Shown piece by piece: positions 37,801 to 48,112 of a DNA stretch of 64,000 nucleotides (the first letter of the stretch is position 1; each line of letters begins with the position of its first letter). The DNA lies in contig CAWAXG010000002.1 of NCBI GenBank assembly GCA_963785755.1, positions 817,128-881,127 on the forward strand, read 5' to 3'. The position numbers and the translations under genes were made by a program. This stretch comes from an uncultured Acidobacteriota bacterium (GTDB lineage Bacteria > Acidobacteriota > Vicinamibacteria > Vicinamibacterales > 2-12-FULL-66-21). The notes beneath the pieces are model-generated. The model worked only from the letters and a program-made list of their open reading frames with translations, ran no database searches and was not told the DNA's origin.

Positions 37801-38125
37801 AGCGCGAAATCCAGCCGGACGTTCGCGCCGGCGGTTACCTCGACGTTCTTCTCAGCTCAGTCTCGAACCCGGTCAGCTCGACTTTGACCTGATAGGTGCC
37901 CCTCGGCAGCGACTGCAGATCGAAAAAGCCCGTGGCATTGGTCGTCGTCGTCCGCGACAGCTGCTGCTGCGCGGATTCGGCGGTCACCGTTGCGCCGGGT
38001 ACCGCGGCGCCAGCCGGGTCATGCACGTAACCGCTGATGGTGCCTGCGACTTGAGCCTGGAGCGGTGTGGGACCCAGGAGCACCGCCAGGCCCAGCATCA
38101 ATCCGCCTGACCGAACCTTCCACAT
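34841..38125 (-). CDS. TonB-dependent receptor with CarboxypepD_reg-like N-domain (two frame changes)
   Basis: Three pieces: 37835..38227 (ATG 38125; signal + GTISGYVHDPAGAAVPGATVTAES...GFFDLQSLPRGTYQV), the 34761..37685 frame from ~37845 down to ~36185, and 34841..36208 (barrel end ...GRVIQLAAKLIW). Frame changes at ~37848 and ~36185. Confidence 0.8.
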
Positions 38126-38215
38126 ACTCCCCTTCCTTCCTCGCCTCACTCGAGGGGCCGCGACCGGGCGCATCGAGGGGGTAGACCGTTCGAACGCGTG
38201 AGCCGAGTCTTCTGA

Positions 38216-38240
38216 AATCAAATACAAAATATATTTGATT
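38216..38240. promoter_or_regulatory. AT-rich perfect inverted repeat AATCAAATA-N7-TATTTGATT upstream of the TonB receptor gene
   Basis: The only strongly AT-rich patch in this part of the window, ~90 nt upstream of start 38125. 9-bp arms are perfectly complementary, so it looks operator-like. Confidence 0.35.
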
Positions 38241-38280
38241 CAATTGGCGTGGTTTTAGCGCTGTACTGGACGGTTGTCAA

Positions 38281-38460
38281 GCGTCCCGCCTACGCGCTGC
38301 GCGCTTCGGCGCGGCAGGCTGCGATCGGAGTCCCCAGTCAGGGGAGCCCCCGAGCCCCGTAACCACCCCTGACCCATGATCCCCGATCCCCGATCTACAA
38401 AACCCGCCCCGAGTCCCGAGTCCCGAGACAAGCCCGAGCCCCCAGTCCCGAGTCCCGTGC
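38281..38460 (-). repeat. Type II composite intergenic element, copy B
   Basis: The reverse complement reads GGGACTCGGGACTGGGGGCTCGGGC...GATCGGGGATCGGGGATC...GGGGTGGTTACGGGGCTCGGGGGCTCCCC..GGGGACTCCGATCGCAGCCTGCCGCGCCGAAGCGCGCAGCGCG, colinear with 3984-4225. It ends 1 nt from stop codon 38462-38464. Confidence 0.8.
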
Positions 38461-38461
38461 C

Positions 38462-39412
38462 TCAGTCCTTCTTGATAACGCCGAGCGGCACGCGGGTGCC
38501 GTGCGGCGAGGTCCTCGCGACCTGCGCGAAGTAGCGGTACGCGATGGCTGAGATCTCGCGCACGGTCGCGTCCATGTCATCGGGGCCGTAGTTGACCATC
38601 ACCGCGATCGCGTAGGGCGCGCCAGGAACGTCGACCAGCCCCCACGCCGTCTGCACGCCTTCGATCCCGCCGGGCTTCCAGGCGACCGCGACACCGCCAG
38701 GAATCGGCTCGCGGAACGGGCCGCCCTTGGGGATCTCGAGAATCTTCTTCACCCTGGCGCAGGACGCCGCGCCCATCGGCAGTTCACATTTCGCCAGCCG
38801 CACCATCACGTCCGCCGCTTCGCGCGGCGTCGAGATGTTCTCGTTCCCTTTCGCGCTCTCCTCCGGGCGGATCATCTTGCGCTGCAGACGCGTCTGCGGC
38901 GCGCCGAGATCGGCCATCGTCTTCGACACGCGCTCCATGCCGAGACGGTCGATCAACATGTTCGTCGCGGTGTTGTCGGAGAGGACGATCATCGGGATCG
39001 CGAGATCGTCCAGCGAGAGCTCGGATCCCCGATCCGTGAAGTGCTGGAGGAGACCGCTGCCGCCGACCTGGTCGGCCGCCCGCAGCGGCATCCGCTCCGT
39101 GAGCTTCAGATCACCGCTGTCGGCGCGCCGAAACAGCTCGATCAGGATTGGAATCTTGATCGCGCTGCCCTGGGGAAACACCAGCGTCTCGTTGACGCCG
39201 AACCGCTCGCCGCTCGTGATATCGACGACCGCCAGCCCCACGACCCCAGGCGCGGCGTCCGCGACACGCTGAAGATCACGCTGCAGCTTCCCGGCGAGCT
39301 GCTTCCGGTGCGGAGGCTGCGACAGGGCCGCGCCCGCGCCGCAGGCGATCGCGAGCACGACGGCCATCAGAGATCGACAACCACTTCGGCATGGCCGGGG
39401 AGTGTATCGCAC
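38462..39412 (-). CDS. class A beta-lactamase-like serine hydrolase
   Basis: 316 aa. SxxK (GSAIK), SDN (VLSDNTA) and KxG-like (WKPGG) motifs; N-terminal signal/lipobox-like LAIAC. Confidence 0.8.
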   Translation of the reverse strand: MRYTPRPCRSGCRSLMAVVLAIACGAGAALSQPPHRKQLAGKLQRDLQRVADAAPGVVGLAVVDITSGERFGVNETLVFPQGSAIKIPILIELFRRADSGDLKLTERMPLRAADQVGGSGLLQHFTDRGSELSLDDLAIPMIVLSDNTATNMLIDRLGMERVSKTMADLGAPQTRLQRKMIRPEESAKGNENISTPREAADVMVRLAKCELPMGAASCARVKKILEIPKGGPFREPIPGGVAVAWKPGGIEGVQTAWGLVDVPGAPYAIAVMVNYGPDDMDATVREISAIAYRYFAQVARTSPHGTRVPLGVIKKD

Positions 39413-39438
39413 GCCCCTGACCTGCCCTCACCTGCGGA

Positions 39439-42400
39439 TCAGAATTCGAATCTCAACCCGAGCTGCATCTGGCGTGGGAGGTTGGCGAGATCGATGATCT
39501 TGCCGAAGTTCGCGCTCGTGATCGTCGAATCTGGCGACCCCCAGATCTTGCGATCGAGCAGATTGAACACCTCGAGCCGGAACTCCAGACGTGTCCGCGC
39601 GATGCCGAACGTACGCGCCACGGAGATGTTCTCGCTCAGGAACCACGGGCCGCGCGCGTTCGGGTTGCGCACGGTCGCGTTGCCGAACTCCGCCCGCAGC
39701 ACGCCGCCCTTGTAGCCCTGGAGCTGCTCGATGCTGTCCACCGGATCCTTCCGGAACGCGTTCGGATCCCACCACAGGTCGACGAGCGGATCGAAGTTGT
39801 CGCCGCGCGTCGGCGCCCGCCAGCCGTTGTAGTCGAGCACCGTGATGCGGTTGTCGCCGCCGTTCAAGGGAAGACCATAGCCCGGGCACACCGAGCGCGG
39901 ATACCCCGACGCGTAGGAATGCACGCCGGAGACACGCCACCCCCCGCGATCTTCGAGAGCGCGCCAGTGGTCAGGAATGGTTTGCCGGGACCGAACGGGA
40001 GCTCGTAGCTGTAGTTCAGCTTGATGATGTGCGTCTGATCGAACGCGGACAGGGCCTTCTCCGCGTCGCGATTGAAATGGTTCATGGCGCGTCCGTCGCC
40101 GGCGTTGGCGCGATCCGATCGGAGCGTGAACGTCTTCGAGAAGACGTACGAGCTGAGGAACGTCAGACCGGAGTCGTACCGCTTCTCGCCCTTGAGGACC
40201 AGCGCGTGATAGCTCGATCGTCCGCTGCGGTCGCCGCCGTCAGCGCCGGTGGCGATATCCGGGTACTGGGGATACGGGCGGAGCGCCTGCCGGACCGACT
40301 GTGAGCCCGGGAAGCTCGGATAGGGAAACGGAATGTTGGCCTGTCGTGCCAGCGTCGAATTCATTGCCGAGTTCATCAGCGTGACCGCCCCCGCCGGGCC
40401 GTACTGCTGGACGAACTCGGAGAAGATCGAGGGATCGACCTGATTGAGGCTGAGCAGGTTCGTGGTCAGATGCCGCCCCAGTTGTGTGTTGTACCCGGCC
40501 TCGACCATGAAGCGGCCAGGCAACTGCCGCTGCAGGTTCAACGCCCCCGTGTAGTACTCGGGAAGACGGCCGGAGTCGTACGGCTGCCAGTACGGGATGT
40601 TGCTGCCGTTCAGCGTGTTGGGGACGAGGAACGGCGGCTCCGGCCAGGCGGGCCAGCCCTGGTCCCAGTTGAAGGCGGAGCTGGCCGGGAGCCCCGGCGC
40701 CGTCACGTTGTATCCGCCGATGAAGCCGTTCCAGTGCGAGCTGCCGCCGGTGTTCTTCACCGAGCCGAACGTGCGCGCCGCGCTGACCCGGGCGACCGTT
40801 TCGCTGTTCACGGTGTAGACCGCGCCGAACCGGGGGCTGAACCCCCACGGCCACGCGTCGTACATCGTCCGCTTGCCGGTGCGGCCCGGACCGTCACCGG
40901 CGAACTCCGAGGCGCCGAGCCGGCCGTCGGCGGCAGGATTCGGCAGGTTCGGGTTGAAGTTCGAGTAGCCGTCGGGGTAGTAGCCCTCGAAGGTCGGCGG
41001 GGTGTACTCGTAGCGCAGGCCGTAGTTGAGGGTCAGCTTGTTGTTGACGCGCCAGTCGTCCTGCGCGTAGGCGGAGTAGTAATGCCACCGGTCCGAGACG
41101 TACCGATTGGTCGTAATCTCCGAGGACTGCACCTCGCCAAGCAGGAAGGTCGCAAACGCGTTGCCCGACGCGCCGGTCGTGTCGAGCGTGCCGTTCGGCA
41201 GGAAGCCGGCGGTCGCCCCGCGGTTGAAGTTGTAGGTGCCCGCTGCCGTGTGCCAGCCGTACCCGTCGTAGTGATCCTGCTGGAAGATGAACCCGAACTT
41301 ATAGGAGTGGCTTCCCTTGACCCATGTCAAATCGTCCGTGAACGCCCACAGGTAGTTGCCCGAGCCGCCAAACTCCGACCGTCCCCAGTCCAGGTAGTCG
41401 TGCGAGAAGTCGAGGACTGGAAACAGCTTGTCCGGTCCCGGCACGTTCTGCAGTCCGATCTTCGTGCCCCACCCTTTGTCGCTGTTGAACGAGACCCGCG
41501 CCTGGAACCAGTCGTTGTGCCCGAAGCTCACCCGGTTGACAGCGTCGATGAGATGACACGATCCCAGGTCAACCGGTAGACGCGGGTGTTCGAATCCTCG
41601 TCGCGGAAGTTGTTGAGGGGCACGGGCAGTCCGCCCGCCGGGCCATCCGCCGGCGGGATGACGAGCACCTCGCCCCAGTGGAACAGGAATCCAAGCCGGT
41701 CCTTGCTCGACAGGTTGTGATCGAGCTTGATGCTGAACTTGTTCCAGGGGTTGGTATTGATTTCGGCGCCTGGCGTGTAGGTGAAGTTGTTGCGCACACC
41801 CGGAAGATCCGGCCGCATCGTCGCGAGCGCGATGACGTTGCGCGGCGATCTGGCTGAAGCGCGAAAGCGGAATCTGGTTGTTCGGAAACGGATCGCGCAC
41901 GAGGCCCGGTCCGTTCGGGTTCGACGCGGGTCGTCGCCGGATCGTAGATGGGAATCAGGTTACCGTTGGCGTCCCGCCAGTTCGAGAAGTTGCCGTTGTA
42001 CATCCCGGCGGTCGGAATGGTCGATCACCATCGGCGCGGCGGAGGTCTTGTTGCGGTAGGCTTCGTAGGAACTGAAGAAGAACGACTTGTTCTTGCCGTT
42101 GTACAGCCCGGGGAACCAGAATCGGGCCGCCGAACACGCCGCCGAAGTCATGCTGCTCGAGGGGCGGTTTCGGACGGCCGGCCGCCTTGGTGAAGTAGTC
42201 GTTCGCGTCGAGCTTTTCGTCGCGGTAGAACTCGAACGCCTTCCCCCGCCAGTCGTTCGTGCCCGAGCGCGACACGAAGCTCACCGCCCCGCCGCCGGCG
42301 TGGCCGAACTCCGCCTTGAACCCGTTGGTATCGACCGCGAACTCGTTGATTGCCTCGACCGACGGCGAATTGAGCGTCGTCCACAGCCGCTGCTCGAACG

Positions 42401-43019
42401 GGGCGCCCGGCGTGGCCGACACGCCATCGACTGTGAGATCCCAGCCGCCCTCCTGGCCGCCGCCGATGACAATATTGCCGCGGCCGCCGTCGCCGCTGTT
42501 CCCGGCTTTCGCTTCCGGCGCGATCAGGCTGAGGTCGAGCGGCGATCGCAGCGCCCCGCCAACGACGAGCGGCAGATCCTGGATGAACTTACTGCTGATT
42601 GCGGTCGTCACCTTGACGCTGTCGTTCTGAATCTGCTTGCTGTCGGCCGACACCGTCACGGCATCCTGCAGGCCGCCCACGGCCAGCGCCCCGTCCACGC
42701 GCACCGTCGCTCCAGCCGTCACCTCGATGTTCTCCAGCGTGGTGGTCTGGAAGCCCGTCGCGGTGATGGTTACGACGTAGGCGCCGACCGGAAGCTGCGT
42801 AATCGTGTAGGTGCCCTGGGGCGAGGTCGTCACCGGGCGCTCGAAGTTGGTGCCGACGTGGATGGCCTTTACCGAGGCACCGGCTACCACGCCGCCGGAG
42901 CTGTCGACGACGACGCCGGTGATAGTGCCGCGGTCCGTCTGGGCACGGGTGGGGGTGGCCGCTAAACTCACCATCGATACGATCAGCGCCACTCGAACTG
43001 CACGCGTCCGACTCAACAT
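39439..43019 (-). pseudogene. TonB-dependent receptor with CarboxypepD_reg-like N-domain, about six frame changes
   Basis: 41955..43019 (signal, TITGVVVDSSGGVVAGASVKA, plug), then pieces in the 41960..42151, 41569..42003, 41528..41818, 39864..41900 and 39439..39924 frames, ending ...RQMQLGLRFEF. Switches near ~42120, ~42025, ~41905, ~41830, ~41545 and ~39935. Confidence 0.8.
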
Positions 43020-43523
43020 GGCCTTTCCTCCTGCCCAAGCGGGCTGCGAACGGCGGTGTCGCCGACAATGATCGCCGGGCGCGCGCTACGACCGTCGAGG
43101 CATACGGTGCGGATCATCTATCAAAGAACGGAATCTGGTTGCCGGTCGACAGCCGCGCGCCGCCGCCCATCCTCGACATGCGAGGAAGTATAGAGGGAAA
43201 GTCCCCAGCGGTGTTGTGAGATCCACGGCCGCCGTCGCGGACTTCGTGCCGCCGTTCGAGGGATCCGGAAACGTCTCGGTCGTCCGACGAGCGCAGACCG
43301 CCGACGTTCAGTTGGAACGCTGGTCGCCGTTGGCTCCGCACGGTCGACTATCCGACTTGTCGAAGGTGAATGGCTTGTCGCCAGAGAACGCGCGGTTTGC
43401 CTTCGACTGGCGGACATACGCCGACGTGCCAGAGTGTTTCGCACCACCAAACGCGCGCGTGCTCGCCCGCGCCGAGTCATCAGTCCACCCAGCCCTCGGA
43501 CTGAGAATTCTCCTGCTTGTCTT

Positions 43524-43553
43524 CCTCCCGTCCTCCCGTCCTCCCGTCCTCCC
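43524..43553. repeat. tandem octamer array (CCTCCCGT)x3.5
   Basis: cctcccgt cctcccgt cctcccgt cctccc followed by TGTGAA. The same unit and the same 3' flank (CTCC.TGTGAA) occur at 298-326. The complement is a G3N5G3N5G3N5G3 motif. Confidence 0.85.
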
Positions 43554-43612
43554 TGTGAATACCCCATACGCCATTTCTCAGGCCGAAACGCGCGCACTGG
43601 CGCGGTCCGCAT

Positions 43613-43641
43613 TTGACAGCGCGGCGACGCCAGCGTAGGGT
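43613..43641 (+). promoter_or_regulatory. candidate sigma-70-type promoter of the third TonB receptor gene
   Basis: TTGACA (43613-43618), a 17-nt spacer, then TAGGGT (43636-43641). AAGGAG at 43662-43667 and ATG at 43675. Confidence 0.4.
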
Positions 43642-43674
43642 CGGCATCGGACCCCGGTCCGAAGGAGTGTGCCT

Positions 43675-46600
43675 ATGCGGAGAAGTGCTGGTCGAATCGC
43701 GCAGGTTGCCCTCTCAATCCTGCTGATGGGGGGCGTCAGCGCCTCGGCCCAGATTGGCGGCAACGGATCCATTCAGGGCACCGTGCTCGACACGAGCAAG
43801 GCCGCGCTGCCCGGCGTCACGGTCACCGCCACGAACATCGCCACCGGAATCGAGACTGTCAGAGTAACGACAGAGGCGGGCGTCTATACGCTGGCGCCGC
43901 TGCCTCCGGGTGAGTACCGTGTCACCGCGGCGCTCAATGGGTTCGAGACGTTCGCCCGCGAAGGCGTCATCGTCGACGGGCTCGGCGTCGTCGGCCTCAA
44001 CGTCATGCTGCAGGTCGCCGGAGTCAAACAGGAGGTGCTCGTCACCGCCGCTCCGCTCGCCCTGTCGACCGCGGATGCCAGGCTCGGCCAGACGATCCGC
44101 AACGACGTGTACACGGCGCTGCCGCTGGTGATGAACACTGGCGGTCCGCGCGATCCGACGGCCTTCATGTTCCTGATGCCCGGCGTGCAGTCGATCGGCC
44201 GCTGGGGCAACGTCATGGGCGGCCAGGACTTCACGACCGACATGTACGTCGAAGGCATTCCGATCACGAACGCCGTGGTCCAGGGCGAAGGACGGAACCT
44301 GTCGTTCGGGTTCTCGGTGGAGGCGGTCGAACAGTTCCAGGTCGAGACGAGCGGCACCGCGGTGACGTTCAGCGGCCAGGGCGCGTCGAACTACGTCGTC
44401 AAATCGGGAACGAACACGTTTCGCGGCAGCGGCTTCGAGTTCTTCCGCCACAAGTCGCTCGACTCGAAAGCGTTCTTCGCAACGACCAAGCCGGACGACA
44501 ACCAGCACGAATACGGCGTTACGGCCGGCGGGCCGATTCGGCGCAACCAGATGTTCTTCTTCGCCGCGTACGACGGTTACCGGGATCGGCGTCAGACCCC
44601 CTCCGTGCTGACCTCGGTCCCGACGCTTGCCGCCCGCAATGGCGACTTCAGCGCATTGCCGGTGCAGATTTTCGATCCGCGAACGACCAGGCCGAACCCG
44701 AGCGGGACGGGATTCGTGCGCGACCCGTTTCTCAACAACATCATTCCGTCCGATCGCATTTCGCCGATCTCGCGTTACTTCCAGTCGTTCCTGCCTGACC
44801 CGACCAACGCCGGGCTGCAGAACAACTATCTCGGCGGGTCCCTGCCGGTCGGCTTCAACAACCAGAACTTCACGGGAAAGCTCGACCTCAAACTGAGCGA
44901 TCGAAGCAGCAGGCGTCGGTGCTCTACTGGTACGGCAAGCGAAGCCAGGCGACGCCCTATCGTGGCGGCGGGGGCGCTTCCACGGCGCTGCCGCTGCCCT
45001 ACACGGAAACGCGGCTGGTCGAAGAGGTCCCCACGACCGCGCAGATCAAGCACACGTGGGTGCTCGGCCCGCGGTGGGTCAATCAGGCCAGCCTGGGATT
45101 CTCCCGGCTGTCCGTCCCGATCTTCAACGCGACCATCGAAGGCCAGTATCCGATCAACGCGGGTCTGCGCGGCCTTCCCGCCGGCGAAGCGGATTCGTCG
45201 TTCCCGGAGGTTGCGTTCGCGGGCCCGAACGCGCCGACGCAGTGGCGGGGAACGGACGCGCGCGCGTTCACCGAGTACCTGAACAACTACACGCTGCAGA
45301 ACAACCTGAACTGGACATTCGGCAAGCACGCGATGACGTTCGGCCTCCAGGCGCAGCGGATGGACGCGAACGAGCGCGAGCGCGCGTACGGCAGCGTCGC
45401 GACCTTCGGCTTCAGCAACGCCCAGACCGCCGGTTTCAATGCCGCCGGTACGCTGCAGACGGGGACGGGCAATGCGTACGCGAGCTTTCTGCTCGGTGAA
45501 CTGAACGCGACCAACGTCATCGAGGATTCGGAGGTCGCGACGAGCGGCCGCTTCTACACCTACGCGTTCTGGGCCCAGGACGACTTCAAGCTGACGCCGG
45601 ACCTGACGCTGAATCTGGGCCTGCGCTACGACATCATGAAGCCGTACACCGAGGTCTACGACCGGTGGTCCTTCATGGACCCGAACGCGCCGAATCCGGC
45701 GGTCGGCGGCTTTCGCGGCGCGATGGTGTTCGCGGGCGAGGGCGAGAACAGCTGCCAGTGCCGCACGCCGATCGCGACCTACTACGGTGCGGTCGGACCG
45801 CGCCTCGGCCTCGCCTACAGCCTCAACGAACGGACGGTGCTGCGATCGGCCTACGGCATCAACTACTCCCGGCGCGGCGCCGTCGGCGGACGCGCCGGTG
45901 CCCGCAACGGGACGGGAACGCTCGGATTCTCGGCCAACGCGAGCTTTCCGAGCCCGAACACTTTCGATCCCTCATACAACTGGAACAATGGCGTGCCGGC
46001 GTACGCTCCGCCGCCGTTCTTCGATCCCTCGTTGAACACCGGATTCGTCACCGGCCGCGGCACTGGCGGCGGCGTCACCTATGGCGATCCGGAGATCGGC
46101 GGACGGCCACCGCGGTATCAGAACTGGAACGCGGGCTTCCAATACGCGCTCGCGCGCACGATGACCGTCGGCGCCACGTATGCCGGCAGCCGCGGCGACT
46201 TCCTTGGCGGCAGCGGCCGCGGCTTCTACGCCAATCAACTCGATCCGCGGTTCCTCGTCCTCGGCAACCTGCTGACCGAGCAGGCGACGGCCGCCAACAT
46301 CGCCGCCGCGCAGGCAATCGTCTCCGGCGTCGCGCTCCCCTACCCGAACTTCTCGGGCACGATCGCGCAGATGCTGCGGCCGTTTCCGCAGTACTCGGGC
46401 GTGACCGACGTGTACGGCAACGTCGCGTGGTCCGACTATCACTCGCTGCAGCTGACACTCGAGAAGCGCCGCTCGGAAGAGGGGCTGACGCTGAACTTCA
46501 ACTACACGTTCAGCCGCACCGAGGACAACCTCGCCGCCCGCACCGGCTATGACTTCGGTCAGGACTGGGCCATCGGGGTCAACGATCAGCCGCACGTGCT

Positions 46601-47162
46601 CAACGCGATGGTCGTCTACGACATGCCGTTCGGCGCGCCGGGCAAACCGGGCAGCGGCAACAGCGTCGTGCGCGCGATCGTGCGGAACTGGCAGATTTCC
46701 GGCATCACGCAGTTTCGATCCGGACGCCCGCTGGGATCGATCGGCGCGACGTGCAACCTGCCGAACGCGGGAACGTGCTACGCGGACTACAACCCGACCT
46801 TCACCGGCCCCGTCCGCATCAACGGCGACTACGGTGACGGCGATGTGCTCGGGACCAACCCCCCGTCCTACATCGATCGCGCGGCGTTCCAGGTGCCAGC
46901 TGCGTTCACCTACGGCAATACGCCGCGAACGCTCGCGCACGACCTCCGGAATCCGAACTACTTCAACCAGGACCTCAGCATCCGGCGCGACTTCCCCATG
47001 TCGCGGCTGAAGCTCGGACTTGGCATAGACGTGTTCAACCTGTTCAACACCGTGGTGTTCGGCGGAATCCAGACGAACATCACGAATGCAGCCTTCGGGC
47101 GGGTCAGCTCGCAGGCGAATACGCCACGCGTCGGACAGATCAAGGTGAGGCTCGATTTCTAA
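43675..47162 (+). CDS. TonB-dependent receptor with CarboxypepD_reg-like N-domain (one frame change)
   Basis: 43669..45282 joins 44919..47162 after a frame change near ~44900. Signal peptide, GSIQGTVLDTSKAALPGVTVTAT, and barrel end ...PRVGQIKVRLDF. Confidence 0.8.
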
Positions 47163-48061
47163 TGTCCTCAGTGACCCGACGCGAACTGCTTGCCGCCGCC
47201 GGCGCCGCGCCGCTGGCGCTGGCCGGCGCACCGTGGGAACGTCAGGCGCCGCAGCTCTCGGGCACGCCTCCGCCGCCCCGCTACACGCTCTCGGCGAACA
47301 TCGAGCTGATGTTCACGAAGAACGTGCCGCACGCCGAACGCATCGAGCGCATCGCCGCCGCCGGCATCAAGGCCTTCAGCTTCTGGGGCTCCGCCGGGAA
47401 GGACATCAAGGCGATGCTGCAGGCGCAGCAGAAGACCGGTCTCGCGTGCGGCAGCATCACCGGCAACGGCGGCACCGGCTGGAAGACGGGGCTGACCGCG
47501 ACCGGACACGAGGACGCCTTCTTCAAGGACTTCCTCACCCACATCGAAGTCGCGAAGCAGTTCAACGTCAAGAATCTGATCTGCTTTCTCGGTCAGCGGC
47601 AGCCCGACATCCCGCTCGAGGTTCAGCACAAGCAGATCATCGAGGGCCTGCGCAAGACCGGCGACATCGCCGCGAAGCACGACGTCTACTTCTGCCTCGA
47701 GCCGCTGAACAGCGTCGAGAGCCCGCAGATGAGCGTGCTCAGCGCGAAGCACGGCTTCCAGATCATCGAAGAGGTGAACCACCCTCACGTCAGGCTGGAC
47801 TTCGACATGTACCATCTGCAGCTCAGCGAAGGAAATCTGATCAACAACCTTCGCCGCGGGCTTCGCAGCAAGTGGATTCGCTTCGTCGAGATCGGCGACG
47901 TGCCCGGACGCAAGGAGCCCGGCACCGGCGAAACGAACTACGACAACATCTTCAAGGTGCTGCGCGAGGAGGGCTTCGCCGAGTACGTCGGCATGGAGCA
48001 CGGCACATCATCCACACCCGAGCACGCGATGCAGGTCGTGCGGAAGGTCGCGGGCGTCTGA
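47162..48061 (+). CDS. Tat-exported xylose-isomerase-like TIM-barrel protein (hydroxypyruvate-isomerase-like)
   Basis: The ATG overlaps the receptor stop (TAATG). Twin-arginine signal MSSVTRRELLAAAGAAPLALAGA. The body resembles sugar-phosphate isomerase/epimerase (AP-endonuclease 2 fold) proteins. Confidence 0.75.
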   Translation: MSSVTRRELLAAAGAAPLALAGAPWERQAPQLSGTPPPPRYTLSANIELMFTKNVPHAERIERIAAAGIKAFSFWGSAGKDIKAMLQAQQKTGLACGSITGNGGTGWKTGLTATGHEDAFFKDFLTHIEVAKQFNVKNLICFLGQRQPDIPLEVQHKQIIEGLRKTGDIAAKHDVYFCLEPLNSVESPQMSVLSAKHGFQIIEEVNHPHVRLDFDMYHLQLSEGNLINNLRRGLRSKWIRFVEIGDVPGRKEPGTGETNYDNIFKVLREEGFAEYVGMEHGTSSTPEHAMQVVRKVAGV

Positions 48062-48112
48062 GTTCCAGGATCGATATCGCGCCTCGCGAGGACGTCGTGT
48101 GTCGCGGCGGCC

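Noticed and set aside
38216-38240. AT-rich inverted repeat as a Fur box controlling the TonB receptor.
   Set aside because: The sequence does not match the GATAATGATAATCATTATC-type consensus as I remember it. The spacing and half-sites are different, so it is reported only as a generic operator candidate.
43114-43638. Overlapping 75-163-aa ORFs on both strands in the long receptor-receptor spacer.
   Set aside because: They overlap each other, have biased Arg/Ser/Pro composition, lack start-site signals and show no family motif. They are kept only as an unexplained region in the findings.
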